From the NCBI GenBank assembly GCA_019058245.1, contig JAHPZJ010000013.1, positions 406,289-470,288 of the forward strand: a DNA stretch of 64,000 nt. Direction: 5' to 3'. Source of the DNA: Promethearchaeota archaeon (GTDB lineage: Archaea > Asgardarchaeota > Lokiarchaeia > Sigyniarchaeales > SOKP01). Of the stretch, positions 39,256 through 49,251 are shown in pieces (the stretch's first letter is position 1; each line of letters starts with the position of its first letter). The notes below the pieces were generated by a model, which was given only the letters and a program-made list of their open reading frames with translations, was not told where the DNA came from and searched no databases. A program made the position numbers and the translations under genes.

Positions 39256-40830
39256 TTAACTTACTTTTAACTTAATTAATCCATATTTTTTCAATTTTTC
39301 ACTTTGTGCAAATTGTCTAATCATATCTTCTTTCAAATCTACTTTTTGTTTTATATGACGTCGAGCGCGATGAATTGATAATCCATAAACATCTTCTGCA
39401 GCTTCTAAAACCATTTCTGATAAAGTAGGATGACTATGGACAGTATTTGTTATGTCATAAATTGTTAACCCATTCTTCATAGCAAGAGCAATTTCTGCAA
39501 TTAATTCTGATGCAGAAACTCCAATACAAGAAGCCCCCAGAATGACATCAGTTTCTTCATCAGTAATAATCATTAAAAAGCCCTCATCTTCACCCATGCA
39601 TTTAGCTTTCCCTAAAGATGCATATCCAAATTTTCCAGTTCTTATTTTTATGCCTCTATCTTCAAGAAATTTTGATTTATACCCAACAGATCCAATTTCA
39701 AATGCAGTAAAAATCGAAGCAGGAATCACGGAATAATCTGCTACTACGGAAAATGTATCAAAATTTCCAATACTACTAAGAGCATTAAACACTGCGATAT
39801 CGCCCTCATAAGTTGCAACATGCGCTAACATAACACCTCCAGTTACATCTCCAATAGCATAAATTCCTTTCTGTGTTGTCTCTAATGTAGATGGATTCAC
39901 TTGAATTTTGCCTTGATTAATTTCTATATTCATATTTTCTAATCCAAGATCTTCAATATTAGCTGTACGTCCTACGGAAATAAAACAAACATCTGCCTCA
40001 TAAGTAAACTTTTCAATTTTATCAAGTTCTACCTGTGGATTTTTCGAAGTACATGTTATTACTTTAACTTTTGTATCATCAGATTCAATTCTTAGAATAT
40101 TTTGATTCTCAATAATTTCTACTCCCATGATATTAAACTTCTTTTTAAGTTCACGAATAATTAAAGGTTCTTCAATAGCGAGAATTGAAGGCAAGTATTC
40201 CAAAATTGTAACTTTAGAACCAAATCTATTAAATATATTCGCAAATTCACAGCCTATGACTCCACCACCAATAATTAGAATCTCTTTTGGAGCTAGATTA
40301 AAGTCAGGAGCAAGGATATCATCGCTTGTTAAAATCTGTTTATGATCAATATTAAAAGAAGGTATTAACTTAGGTCTTGATCCAGTTGCAATAATAATAC
40401 GTTTACCTTTTATTGTTTTTGTATCTTTTCTTTTTATCTCAACAATGAAACCATCCTCAAAATTACCCTCTGTAATACAACCAACTCCATAAAATAAAGC
40501 AATCTTTCTCTGTTTAATTAAGGCTTCAATACCTGAAATCAGTTCCTTTACTATTGAATTCTTCCGAACAACAGCATTTTTGAAATTTGGAGAAATTTCG
40601 CCCTTAATATCAACTCCAAAATCCTTAGAATGACGTTCAATATTTTCAATTAGTTTTGCTGAGCTAAAAAGAGCTTTGGTTGGAATACATCCTCGATTTA
40701 AACAAGTACCACCTACACTTTCTTTTTCAATTAAAGCAACTTTAGCATCATATTGTGCTGCGCGAATTGCAGCATGATAACCACCTGGACCAGCGCCAAT
40801 TATTATAATATCATATAATATCTCTTCCAA
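39256..40830 (-). CDS. lpdA: Dihydrolipoyl dehydrogenase
   Basis: GAGPGG, GGTCLNRGCIPTK, GGGVIG, GDV, HSHPTLSE. Confidence 0.92.
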   Translation of the reverse strand: MEEILYDIIIIGAGPGGYHAAIRAAQYDAKVALIEKESVGGTCLNRGCIPTKALFSSAKLIENIERHSKDFGVDIKGEISPNFKNAVVRKNSIVKELISGIEALIKQRKIALFYGVGCITEGNFEDGFIVEIKRKDTKTIKGKRIIIATGSRPKLIPSFNIDHKQILTSDDILAPDFNLAPKEILIIGGGVIGCEFANIFNRFGSKVTILEYLPSILAIEEPLIIRELKKKFNIMGVEIIENQNILRIESDDTKVKVITCTSKNPQVELDKIEKFTYEADVCFISVGRTANIEDLGLENMNIEINQGKIQVNPSTLETTQKGIYAIGDVTGGVMLAHVATYEGDIAVFNALSSIGNFDTFSVVADYSVIPASIFTAFEIGSVGYKSKFLEDRGIKIRTGKFGYASLGKAKCMGEDEGFLMIITDEETDVILGASCIGVSASELIAEIALAMKNGLTIYDITNTVHSHPTLSEMVLEAAEDVYGLSIHRARRHIKQKVDLKEDMIRQFAQSEKLKKYGLIKLKVS

Positions 40831-40902
40831 ATTTAATCAATTTACATTTTAATTGAATTCTAAATATATAAAATAAAAAAAATTTAGTAATTAAATAATT
40901 GA

Positions 40903-41556
40903 TTATGCAGGTCTGATTTTTTCACGTTCGGCTAATTTCTCTGAGAGTTCTTTCTTAAGGTCTGCTAATTTATTTTGTTTTGTTGTCAAGTTTTTATTTA
41001 TTTCCAATGCTTCAGTTTCAAATTTAGTTAAACCTTTCTGAATTTTAAGATATGCTTCCTCTGCTTTAGAAATTTTCTCTTCAATGGCATGGTTATTTAC
41101 TAATTTTACATAATCAAGTTGTTTTTTTCCTAATAACTCGCGTTCCTTAGCTTCTTCAATTTTTTTATTTGCAAGTTTAACAGTTACTTCAGCAATTTCT
41201 GTCTCGATTCCTGCAATCTTTCGTTGAGTTTCAGCTATCTTTATTTGAATCCCAGCAACTCTTTCATTGTAAACCGATTGATTTTTTTCCGCTTTTAAAA
41301 TATCTTCACCAATTTTCAAAACATTTTTTACTTTTTCTTTTTTTTCAATTACTTTCCTACTTCTCTCTGCTAAATTCTCGCGTATTTTTGCTAATTCAAT
41401 TTCATTTTTAACAAGCATTTCCCTAGCTTTAGCTCTTTTTACGTTTTGGTTAGCTAAAGCTTTCATGTTATTAGCTGTTTCCTTTTCTCCTTTTGCCATA
41501 TTTAGATGCTCATTAGCCAAATTTTCAATTTTTTTAACATCTTCCAATATTTCCAT
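40903..41556 (-). CDS. All-coiled-coil protein, paralog of 44455-45123
   Basis: Heptad E/K/A pattern; shares KAREx, YNE and LKKELSxKxAEREKIR with the paralog. Confidence 0.78.
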   Translation of the reverse strand: MEILEDVKKIENLANEHLNMAKGEKETANNMKALANQNVKRAKAREMLVKNEIELAKIRENLAERSRKVIEKKEKVKNVLKIGEDILKAEKNQSVYNERVAGIQIKIAETQRKIAGIETEIAEVTVKLANKKIEEAKERELLGKKQLDYVKLVNNHAIEEKISKAEEAYLKIQKGLTKFETEALEINKNLTTKQNKLADLKKELSEKLAEREKIRPA

Positions 41557-41592
41557 TGTTTACACCTCTTAGTATTTATTTTTAAAAAATTG

Positions 41593-42150
41593 TTAACTTA
41601 TTATTATTTCCTTTTTTTCCCTTTTTTCAATTTCTTTCTTAGGAATTCTTATTTTCAAAACACCTTTATCTATATTTGCTTCAATCCTATCTTCGTCTGA
41701 ATTTTCAGGTAAATTAAAGCATCTGTAATATCTAGAGCTTCGAAACTCTTTTCTTATTAATTCACCTTCTTTTTCCTCTTTTTTTTCTTCTTTAGTTTCT
41801 CCTTTAATCTCTAAATTACCTTCTTGAATTGTAATTTCGATATCTTTTTTTTGAAGTCCAGGTATCTCTGCTTCAATGTTAAAACTACTTTCATCTTCAG
41901 TAATATTTGTTAACGGTGTTCTGAATAGTGGTTCATTTTCCATCAATCTCAGACTTAATGGATGTGTTCTTTTGGATGAAAAAGGCCAATACCAATCATC
42001 AAAAAATCCTCTTGTCAAATCATCAAAATATCGATCCATTCGTTGAAATAATGAGAATGGGCTTTCTCTCCTTATTGCTAATTCTTTTGACTGTTGTTCC
42101 TTTTTCTCATCTTTTCCTTTTTTACTTTTTTTAATCTCAACTACTTCTAT
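41593..42150 (-). CDS. Hsp20/alpha-crystallin protein (second copy); probable ATA start
   Basis: AEIPGL, DKGVLKIRIPK. The 37-codon in-frame extension (..RRESPFSLFQRMDR) matches the first Hsp20. GAGGTG SD lies 6 nt before ATA at 42150, with an in-frame TAA directly upstream. Confidence 0.88.
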   Translation of the reverse strand: MEVVEIKKSKKGKDEKKEQQSKELAIRRESPFSLFQRMDRYFDDLTRGFFDDWYWPFSSKRTHPLSLRLMENEPLFRTPLTNITEDESSFNIEAEIPGLQKKDIEITIQEGNLEIKGETKEEKKEEKEGELIRKEFRSSRYYRCFNLPENSDEDRIEANIDKGVLKIRIPKKEIEKREKKEIIIS

Positions 42151-42238
42151 TTATAACACCTCATTTTTATTTTTAGTCTTTTTAAATTTTATAAAATGAA
42201 TTTTTAAGAATAATATATTTTAGTTGTAATATTTCCGA

Positions 42239-42442
42239 TTAACTATATATATCGTCAAAATTTTCTGAATCTTCTTCATTATCTTCATCTTCATCATCCT
42301 CATCTTCATCATCATCCTCATCCTCATCCTCATCTTCATCATCATCCTCATCCTCATCCTCATCTTCATCGTAATACCCATCATTTTCATAATCATATAA
42401 TTTCTTCTTTTTCTTTTCCTTTTCTTTGGTTTTTCCTCTCAT
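42239..42442 (-). CDS. Small intrinsically disordered protein: basic N-terminus plus poly-Asp/Glu tract
   Basis: 67 aa; GAGG SD; the repeat maintains the D/E frame. Confidence 0.7.
   Translation of the reverse strand: MRGKTKEKEKKKKKLYDYENDGYYDEDEDEDEDDDEDEDEDEDDDEDEDDEDEDNEEDSENFDDIYS
42301..42370. repeat. 30-nt exact tandem repeat (about 2.3 copies) inside the acidic gene
   Basis: catcttcatcatcatcctcatcctcatcct at 42301 and 42331, partial copy at 42361. Confidence 0.9.
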
Positions 42443-42617
42443 TATAAGTTAATTTCCTCTTTCTTTTTCTAGTTTAATTATTATTACTCTTAATGATTAC
42501 ATAGTATTTAAATGTTCTCAAATGAAAACATATATAAGGATCGATAGCTATATATACTTTGATATCGTTTCCTTATATAGAAACTGAAAATCAAAATAAG
42601 AATTCTTATTATATTTT

Positions 42618-43190
42618 ATGATGTCTAAAAAAATTCCTAAAAAAAAAAGTAATTTTCTTGGGTTTAGGCTTTCTGAAGAAGTACTTGATAAATTAGAATT
42701 GATTGCAAAACAAGAAAATAAGACGCGTGGATTAATTGCTAAAGATGCTATTGAACAATGGCTTAACTTAGAACTATTCAATCAAACTAATCAAATGATG
42801 ATGATATCAAAGTCTATTTTCTCCAAGATTCTTTCTAAATTAGATGAGCAATCTTTGGAGATTATAGCTAAAGATTTTGCTAATTTATTTTCAGATATAA
42901 TGAAATTTTCAACAGCAAAACCAATGAATGAAGATAATTTGAAATTATATACAACTTTTTTGATTAATTTTTTTGGAAAAAGTGGATTAAAATGGTTTAA
43001 TACACTTGATATTCAAAAGAGGGATAATATCTTCATCTTTAGAGGTTTACATGATATGGATGAGGTTTATTCAAAATTCTTCACACAATTTTATAAATAT
43101 CTCTTATCTGAATATTTTAACTTAGAATTTACTACAAAAATTGAAGATACAACCTCTAACTTAATTCATCTCGAGTTTAAAATGAAATAG
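42618..43190 (+). CDS. Ribbon-helix-helix (CopG-like) transcriptional regulator with C-terminal domain
   Basis: FLGFRLSEEVLDKLELIAKQENKTRGLIAKDAIEQWL. Confidence 0.75.
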   Translation: MMSKKIPKKKSNFLGFRLSEEVLDKLELIAKQENKTRGLIAKDAIEQWLNLELFNQTNQMMMISKSIFSKILSKLDEQSLEIIAKDFANLFSDIMKFSTAKPMNEDNLKLYTTFLINFFGKSGLKWFNTLDIQKRDNIFIFRGLHDMDEVYSKFFTQFYKYLLSEYFNLEFTTKIEDTTSNLIHLEFKMK

Positions 43191-43208
43191 AGGTTACTTT
43201 GATAAAAT

Positions 43209-43865
43209 ATGAATAATAAAATTGATAAAAAAGGAAAGTTAAGAAAATATTTCTTAACCTTAGAAAAAAATTCTAAGAATTTAGAGAAATTAGAAAATGT
43301 AAAAGAAAGTTTTGATATTGGAATGAACTATATCCAAATGGTTTTACCAGTAAAAAAAATAACAAAAGAAGCAGAAAATATTCTAAAAGAAAATGTAGAT
43401 CATAATATTCTTCGAGCACAAATAAGGGAAGTTAAAGAAAAAGATCTTGAAATTTTTGTGAATCTCTATAATAAAGCTTGGTTAACTTCTCATGAACCTT
43501 TTAGAGCTTTAACTATACATGATTTGGGAAGTTTATATCCTGTCCCCAATTTGATAATGTTCATTGCTAGCGTTTATGGAATTGATGCTGGCTTTATGAT
43601 ACTTGATTTTGAAGGTTCAGAAAAAGAATTTGGAATTATTGTAGCAATGGGAGTAATACCACGTTTTCAGAGAAGAGGTCTTGGAAAAATCATGGCTCTT
43701 TCGGCATGGGAATTTTTTAAAAATAGAAATGTCGTTGAATTGAGAAGTGAGGTTTATATTAATAATAATGTATCTTATAATTTTTTAAAATCGTTAGGAT
43801 TTGAAGATAATGGTGTAAATCTTTATAAATCCGAGGATTATAATCTTACAATTTCTAATACTTAA
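43209..43865 (+). CDS. GNAT family N-acetyltransferase
   Basis: GVIPRFQRRGLG, NNVSYNFLKSLGF. Confidence 0.88.
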   Translation: MNNKIDKKGKLRKYFLTLEKNSKNLEKLENVKESFDIGMNYIQMVLPVKKITKEAENILKENVDHNILRAQIREVKEKDLEIFVNLYNKAWLTSHEPFRALTIHDLGSLYPVPNLIMFIASVYGIDAGFMILDFEGSEKEFGIIVAMGVIPRFQRRGLGKIMALSAWEFFKNRNVVELRSEVYINNNVSYNFLKSLGFEDNGVNLYKSEDYNLTISNT

Positions 43866-44050
43866 GACAATCTAGATTTAAAAAATAAAAATAAAACAAA
43901 AATTTTATAGAAAGTTATAAAAAGCATATATCATGAGTGCACAGAAATTAAAACAAGCAAAAACATCCAAAAAACTTGAATATCTTAACAAGTTTTGAAA
44001 AAAAAATTATATATTAAAATCAAAATTTAAAATTAAAAAAAAAATTAAAA

Positions 44051-44242
44051 ATGATAGCAAGAAAAATTATTGAGGGTTTAGTTGATACGTTTGTATATGT
44101 CTACATAAAAAATATCGGTAAAGAATTTGGAGGAATCTTAAAATCTATAAATGAATTTGATAACGTGATTATAGAAGATAAGAATGAAAATCTTATCTAT
44201 ATACCACTTTCAGAAATAAGCGTAATTACAGAGAGAAGATAA
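44051..44242 (+). CDS. Minimal Sm/Lsm/Hfq-like protein
   Basis: Sm1-like VYVYIK..KEFGGILKSINEFDNVIIED; short loop; Sm2-like LIYIPLSEISVI. Confidence 0.6.
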   Translation: MIARKIIEGLVDTFVYVYIKNIGKEFGGILKSINEFDNVIIEDKNENLIYIPLSEISVITERR

Positions 44243-44454
44243 TGCATTCTAAATTCGAGATAGAATTAATTAAATATAGACATAGAATATATAAATAAAC
44301 AAGATGATCTAATAAAGAGAAATTATTTTTTTTTATTATTAATTATTTTAAAATGAAACTGATAATTATAAACTACTAAGATTTAAAGACAAATAAAACT
44401 AAGTTAATTCTAGTATTTAATCCATTTAATAAAAATTTTGAAAGGTAACAAGAG

Positions 44455-45123
44455 ATGGAAAATATAAAAAAACTTGAAAAAGAGACTCAACATAATTTTA
44501 AAATAGCACAATATGAGAAAGAACTTGCCCAAAAACAAAAAACTAATGCTCTAATTGAAATTAAAAAAGCCAAAGCCCGGGAAAATTTGCTAAAAATAGA
44601 ATTTGAACTCGCTGAAATAAAAAAGGATTTGGCAGAAAAAAGAAAAATTTTAGCAGTGGAAAAAACTGAAATTAAAAAGAAGCAAATTTTAGATTTTTCA
44701 GATGAAGAACTAAAAATAGAAAATAATTATGCAATTTATAATGAACAGATCTCAAAGAATCAAAAAGAAGTGGCTGGAATCCAAAAAAAGATTGCCAATA
44801 TTGAAATAGAAATTGCTGAACAAAAATTAAAACTGGCTAAAGAAAAATTGGATGTGGCAAATGCACGAGAAAAATTAGCTAATTTGCAAAATAGATATAT
44901 AAAAGCTGCCGAGACACAAATATCTGAAAATAAAATTTCAAAGCTTAAAACTGACGTAGAAAATCAAAAACATAAACTTTTACAACAAAAAAATGATGTA
45001 ATAAAGAAGGAAAAAGACGTAAGAAAAAAAGAAAATAAAATATCTGATTTAAAGAAGGAACTTTCTTTGAAATTCGCTGAAAGAGAAAAAATTAGACATC
45101 CTGGAGTTATAATTGCTGGATAA
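44455..45123 (+). CDS. All-coiled-coil protein, paralog of 40903-41556
   Basis: Heptad pattern; ends LKKELSLKFAEREKIR. Confidence 0.78.
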   Translation: MENIKKLEKETQHNFKIAQYEKELAQKQKTNALIEIKKAKARENLLKIEFELAEIKKDLAEKRKILAVEKTEIKKKQILDFSDEELKIENNYAIYNEQISKNQKEVAGIQKKIANIEIEIAEQKLKLAKEKLDVANAREKLANLQNRYIKAAETQISENKISKLKTDVENQKHKLLQQKNDVIKKEKDVRKKENKISDLKKELSLKFAEREKIRHPGVIIAG

Positions 45124-45225
45124 TTTCTAAGTTCAGATATTACAATCTTTTTATATTTCTTTTTCAAATCTATTTTTTCTATAATTTAATTAAGTTACAA
45201 AAATAAAATTAAATACTAATAAAAA

Positions 45226-46062
45226 TTGAAGAATCAATTTGGTGATTTATTGATATTTCAAAACTTTTTCGAAATTTTTTTAGATTGGATTAATATATAT
45301 TTATTTCCTATTATAGTTTCTATTTTAGCTATTATAATTGGATATATTATTTATTTCATTCTTAAAAGAGAAATATTGAGACTTAGTAAACGTAATAAGT
45401 TAGAATTAACTACAGCAAATAATATCACCAAAGTTATTAAATATCTCATTGGTTTAATCATTATAACAGCTATTCTCATACAATTCGCAGAAAGTCTAGG
45501 CTTTATAACTGCATTATTTACTCTTGTAGGGGGTACCATAATTGGTTTTGCTGCTATGAATACTTTAGGTAATATGATTGCAGGCATTATTATAATGGTA
45601 AGTAGACCTTTTGCTGTTGGAGATAGAATCTTATATGCTGGTAAAATTGCAGATATTACTGAAATTAAATTAATATATACAAGTATGGTTGATCTTGATA
45701 ATCTTAAAATTTCGGTTCCTAATCAGATGTTAATATCAAAGGAGATTTTTAATTTTGGAAAAAATAATATCATCAGAAGGCATGTGGCTATAACCCCTGG
45801 ATTTGATGAAGATAGGGAAAAGGTTGAAACTGTTTTAATCGAAACAGCTGGAAAATTCTCTCAAATATTAAAAGATCCTGAACCTTATGTTTGGATAAAT
45901 AGTTTTCAGAATTATGCTGTTGAATACAGATTATATGTATTCATAAATGATATTAAGAATTTACCTTTAATTGAATCTGAATTACATAAAGCTGTATTGG
46001 ACGCTTGCAAAGAAAATAATATAGATATTAGGACTCCTCTTTTACATAAAGAAGTTAATTAG
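45226..46062 (+). CDS. mscS: Small-conductance mechanosensitive channel
   Basis: IGFAAMNTLGNMIAG, RPFAVGDRI, VPN, DPEPYV. Confidence 0.9.
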   Translation: MKNQFGDLLIFQNFFEIFLDWINIYLFPIIVSILAIIIGYIIYFILKREILRLSKRNKLELTTANNITKVIKYLIGLIIITAILIQFAESLGFITALFTLVGGTIIGFAAMNTLGNMIAGIIIMVSRPFAVGDRILYAGKIADITEIKLIYTSMVDLDNLKISVPNQMLISKEIFNFGKNNIIRRHVAITPGFDEDREKVETVLIETAGKFSQILKDPEPYVWINSFQNYAVEYRLYVFINDIKNLPLIESELHKAVLDACKENNIDIRTPLLHKEVN

Positions 46063-46084
46063 AAAAAAATAATTTATAGGTATT

Positions 46085-47176
46085 TTAAATCCATTTTTTC
46101 CTTCGAAAAAATAATATCATAGCTATTGCTAGAATTAACATTACCAAAATTAACATTGGATAGGCAATTGGATTTGAAAGCTCTGGCATGTTTATGAAAT
46201 TCATCCCATAAAATCCTGCCAAAAATGATAAAGGGATAAACACAGTAGAAATTATTGTCAATACTTTCATAATATCATTCATTTTATTACTGACACTTGA
46301 TAGATACATATCTAACATTCCAAAAATTATATCTCTATAATTTTCCAACTGATCGCTAATTCTATAAATATGGTCAGAAATATCTTTCAAATAAATATGC
46401 AGTTCATCACTAATAAGGTTTGTTTGCTCTCTTTGCAAATTATTTATAACTTGTCTTAAAGGCCAAATTGATTTTCTTATATCAATACTAAATCTTTTTA
46501 ATCGATATATTGATTGCATGACCTCAGGTTCGGGATTTTTAATAACTTTATCCTCTAAGTTATCAATAAGTTCACCAATAGTTTCTAAAATTAAAAAGTA
46601 ATTATCTATTATAACATCAATCAAAGCATATGCTAAATAGTCTGCTTTCATTGATCTAATTTTGCCCCTTGCTGCTCTAATTCTCTCAAATATAGGTTTA
46701 AAAGTATCACTTTCTAATTCTGAGAAACTTATTACATAATTTTCTCCTAATATTAAGCTTATTTGTTCGCTTTCAAAAATTTCTTTTGATTCATCCCATA
46801 AAAGTTTATTTAATACTATAAAGATATAATTTCCATAATCTTCGAATTTTGGACGCTGATCAGGATTTAATATATCTTCTAACACAAGAGGATGAATTTT
46901 AAACTGATTTCCAATTTCTTCAATTTTTTCAATTTCAGTTAAACCTGCAATTTCAACCCATCTGATATAATTTTTCTCTATCTCTTGTAAATTTTTTTTT
47001 GAGGGGAATTCTTCTATAAATGAATAATTTTCTTCATTATAGTCAATAATTTTTATTTTAGTTGGTATTTTTGGTTTTTCTCCAGTATATATTAATGTTC
47101 CTGGAGGGAGTCCAATTTTTTTCTTCTTTTTGCTTAAAAGATTTGTCTTTTTTAGAGTTTTATGAAATCTCCTCAA
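46085..47176 (-). CDS. corA: Magnesium/cobalt transporter CorA
   Basis: GLPPGTL, HPLVLEDI, QRPK, YGMNF, MPEL. Confidence 0.95.
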   Translation of the reverse strand: MRRFHKTLKKTNLLSKKKKKIGLPPGTLIYTGEKPKIPTKIKIIDYNEENYSFIEEFPSKKNLQEIEKNYIRWVEIAGLTEIEKIEEIGNQFKIHPLVLEDILNPDQRPKFEDYGNYIFIVLNKLLWDESKEIFESEQISLILGENYVISFSELESDTFKPIFERIRAARGKIRSMKADYLAYALIDVIIDNYFLILETIGELIDNLEDKVIKNPEPEVMQSIYRLKRFSIDIRKSIWPLRQVINNLQREQTNLISDELHIYLKDISDHIYRISDQLENYRDIIFGMLDMYLSSVSNKMNDIMKVLTIISTVFIPLSFLAGFYGMNFINMPELSNPIAYPMLILVMLILAIAMILFFRRKKWI

Positions 47177-47314
47177 ATAGTATCACTTTAATATTATAAA
47201 GTTAATTGTAGCCAATTATTTATTAAACCAACTTTTAAAATAAAAGTTTTCTTATTATTTTTATAAAAAAATTATACTATAGAATAATAAGAGCCTAATA
47301 GATTAGTTTTTAGT

Positions 47315-48181
47315 ATGAAAAGAATTTACAAAATAATTTTATGGATATCATTTATAGGAGTTTTTATTTTACTTTATATTTACTTTGGATTTGAGTATCT
47401 AATAGTGAATTTAGTATTATTAAATTTAATTGTCTACGTTGTAAGATCAATATTGATTGATATATTTCATAGTTTAATTAAAAATATATTAATCAGGTAT
47501 ATTTTCCTGTTAATTGTAAATATAGTTTGGTTAATATTTCCATTTTGGTTGATTGCTGTTATTAATATTGATTTTTTTGTTGCTATTATTTCTTTTTTAG
47601 TTGTAGCAATTTCTTTAACATTTCAAAATACTATAAACAATATCGTAAGTGGAATAATATTATTATTTTCAGGAGGATTTGAAGTGGGAGATTTAGTTCA
47701 AATTAATAATATTGATGGAATCATAAAAGAGATTACATTAAATCATATAAAAATAGTAGATTTTGATGGAAGTATCACATATATCCCAAACCGAGTTGTA
47801 TTTAATTCATCAGTAACTAAATACACACATGTAGAATTAAAGAAATTTGATAAATTAGATTTTAGAACTGTTATCAAGAAAATGAAGAAAAAATTTATTG
47901 GAAAAGAAAAATTAACGCGATATATTAAAGTTGTAGAATTATTGGGAACAGTTAATGGAGAAAGATTGGATGAAATTTTGGAGCCTATTCTTAAAAAATA
48001 TGAACCTCTTTTTGGAATTAAACCTTATTTTTATGTGAATAATACAATCGCTGATCGTTTAAGTATTACCTTTCAAATATTATCAAGAGTGCCAAATTCA
48101 ATTTTTGAATATTTGGATTCTTTTCTTAAAGATGCTCTTTTTCAAATATATCAGAGTGAGATTAATTTTGATTTGAATTAA
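47315..48181 (+). CDS. MscS-family mechanosensitive channel (divergent)
   Basis: FQNTINNIVSG, FEVGDLVQI, YIPN. Confidence 0.8.
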   Translation: MKRIYKIILWISFIGVFILLYIYFGFEYLIVNLVLLNLIVYVVRSILIDIFHSLIKNILIRYIFLLIVNIVWLIFPFWLIAVINIDFFVAIISFLVVAISLTFQNTINNIVSGIILLFSGGFEVGDLVQINNIDGIIKEITLNHIKIVDFDGSITYIPNRVVFNSSVTKYTHVELKKFDKLDFRTVIKKMKKKFIGKEKLTRYIKVVELLGTVNGERLDEILEPILKKYEPLFGIKPYFYVNNTIADRLSITFQILSRVPNSIFEYLDSFLKDALFQIYQSEINFDLN

Positions 48182-48214
48182 AAAAACTGGATAAAAAAAT
48201 GTGGTGATATAGAG

Positions 48215-49114
48215 TTGGCGTTATTTAATAATGATTTTACAGCTTTAATTTATATAATTATTATAACAATCGCAATATTTCTACTAAATAAAATTATATC
48301 ATCTATAACAGTACGTATAAAAGCAATTCCATTAAGAGAAAAAATCATTATAAAATTTCTATCAAAAATTATTTCTATTTTTATAATTATATACTTTTTA
48401 ATCAGTAGTTTTCCTAGTTTTGAGAAAATACCACCAGAATATGTAGCTATTTTAACAAGTTCAATAAGTATTGCAATTGCTTTTGCATCCAGTGGAATTT
48501 TCGCCAATTTAATTTCTGGAATTGTTTTAATGGTTATACGTCCTTTTGATGTTGGAGATCTAGTTAAGATTCAAACTGACAAAGGTATAGTAAGATCAAT
48601 AGGGTTAACCAAAACTGTACTAGAAACTTTTGATAACATTCTAATTGAGAAATCAAATTCTCAAATAATTTCTGCTACTATTGTGAATTATACCGTGAAA
48701 CTTGGAAGAAGAAAAAGTTTTGAGGATTTCAAAAAAAAAATTTTAGCACCTCAAGATAAAGGGATTCTAAAAATTGAAGAAAGCCTTGGGGATAAAGACT
48801 TAGAACGCGATTTAAGAGAAGCATATGATAAGCTTCCATCTAAATTTTATCCAAACCTCTATAACTATTCATTTAAAATGACGTTCCCCTATAAAAGATT
48901 TCGATTGATAATCGACGAGATAGAGCAATTATGTTTGAAATATAAAGAGAATGGTATTTTTCGTCTTAAACCTCGATTTGATATAATTGATTTTTGGTGG
49001 AAAATAACGATAAAATTTCGCATTTTAACATTTAGTCCACAAAAAATTTTTGAGTATCAACCATTATTCGCTAAAGAAGCATATAATATAATTTATAAGT
49101 ATAGTGATAAATAA
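48215..49114 (+). CDS. MscS-family mechanosensitive channel (divergent)
   Basis: FANLISG, RPFDVGDLVKI, GIVRSIGL. Confidence 0.8.
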   Translation: MALFNNDFTALIYIIIITIAIFLLNKIISSITVRIKAIPLREKIIIKFLSKIISIFIIIYFLISSFPSFEKIPPEYVAILTSSISIAIAFASSGIFANLISGIVLMVIRPFDVGDLVKIQTDKGIVRSIGLTKTVLETFDNILIEKSNSQIISATIVNYTVKLGRRKSFEDFKKKILAPQDKGILKIEESLGDKDLERDLREAYDKLPSKFYPNLYNYSFKMTFPYKRFRLIIDEIEQLCLKYKENGIFRLKPRFDIIDFWWKITIKFRILTFSPQKIFEYQPLFAKEAYNIIYKYSDK

Positions 49115-49251
49115 AAAGAAATGGAGATGCTTGATAAGTTTTTCATATTTAATAGGTAAGATTACTCATATGGAGATATTCTATAGTTAATATAAATTAA
49201 AAGAACATAATTTTCATAACTAAATCCTATAGAGAGATATAAATCTGTATT

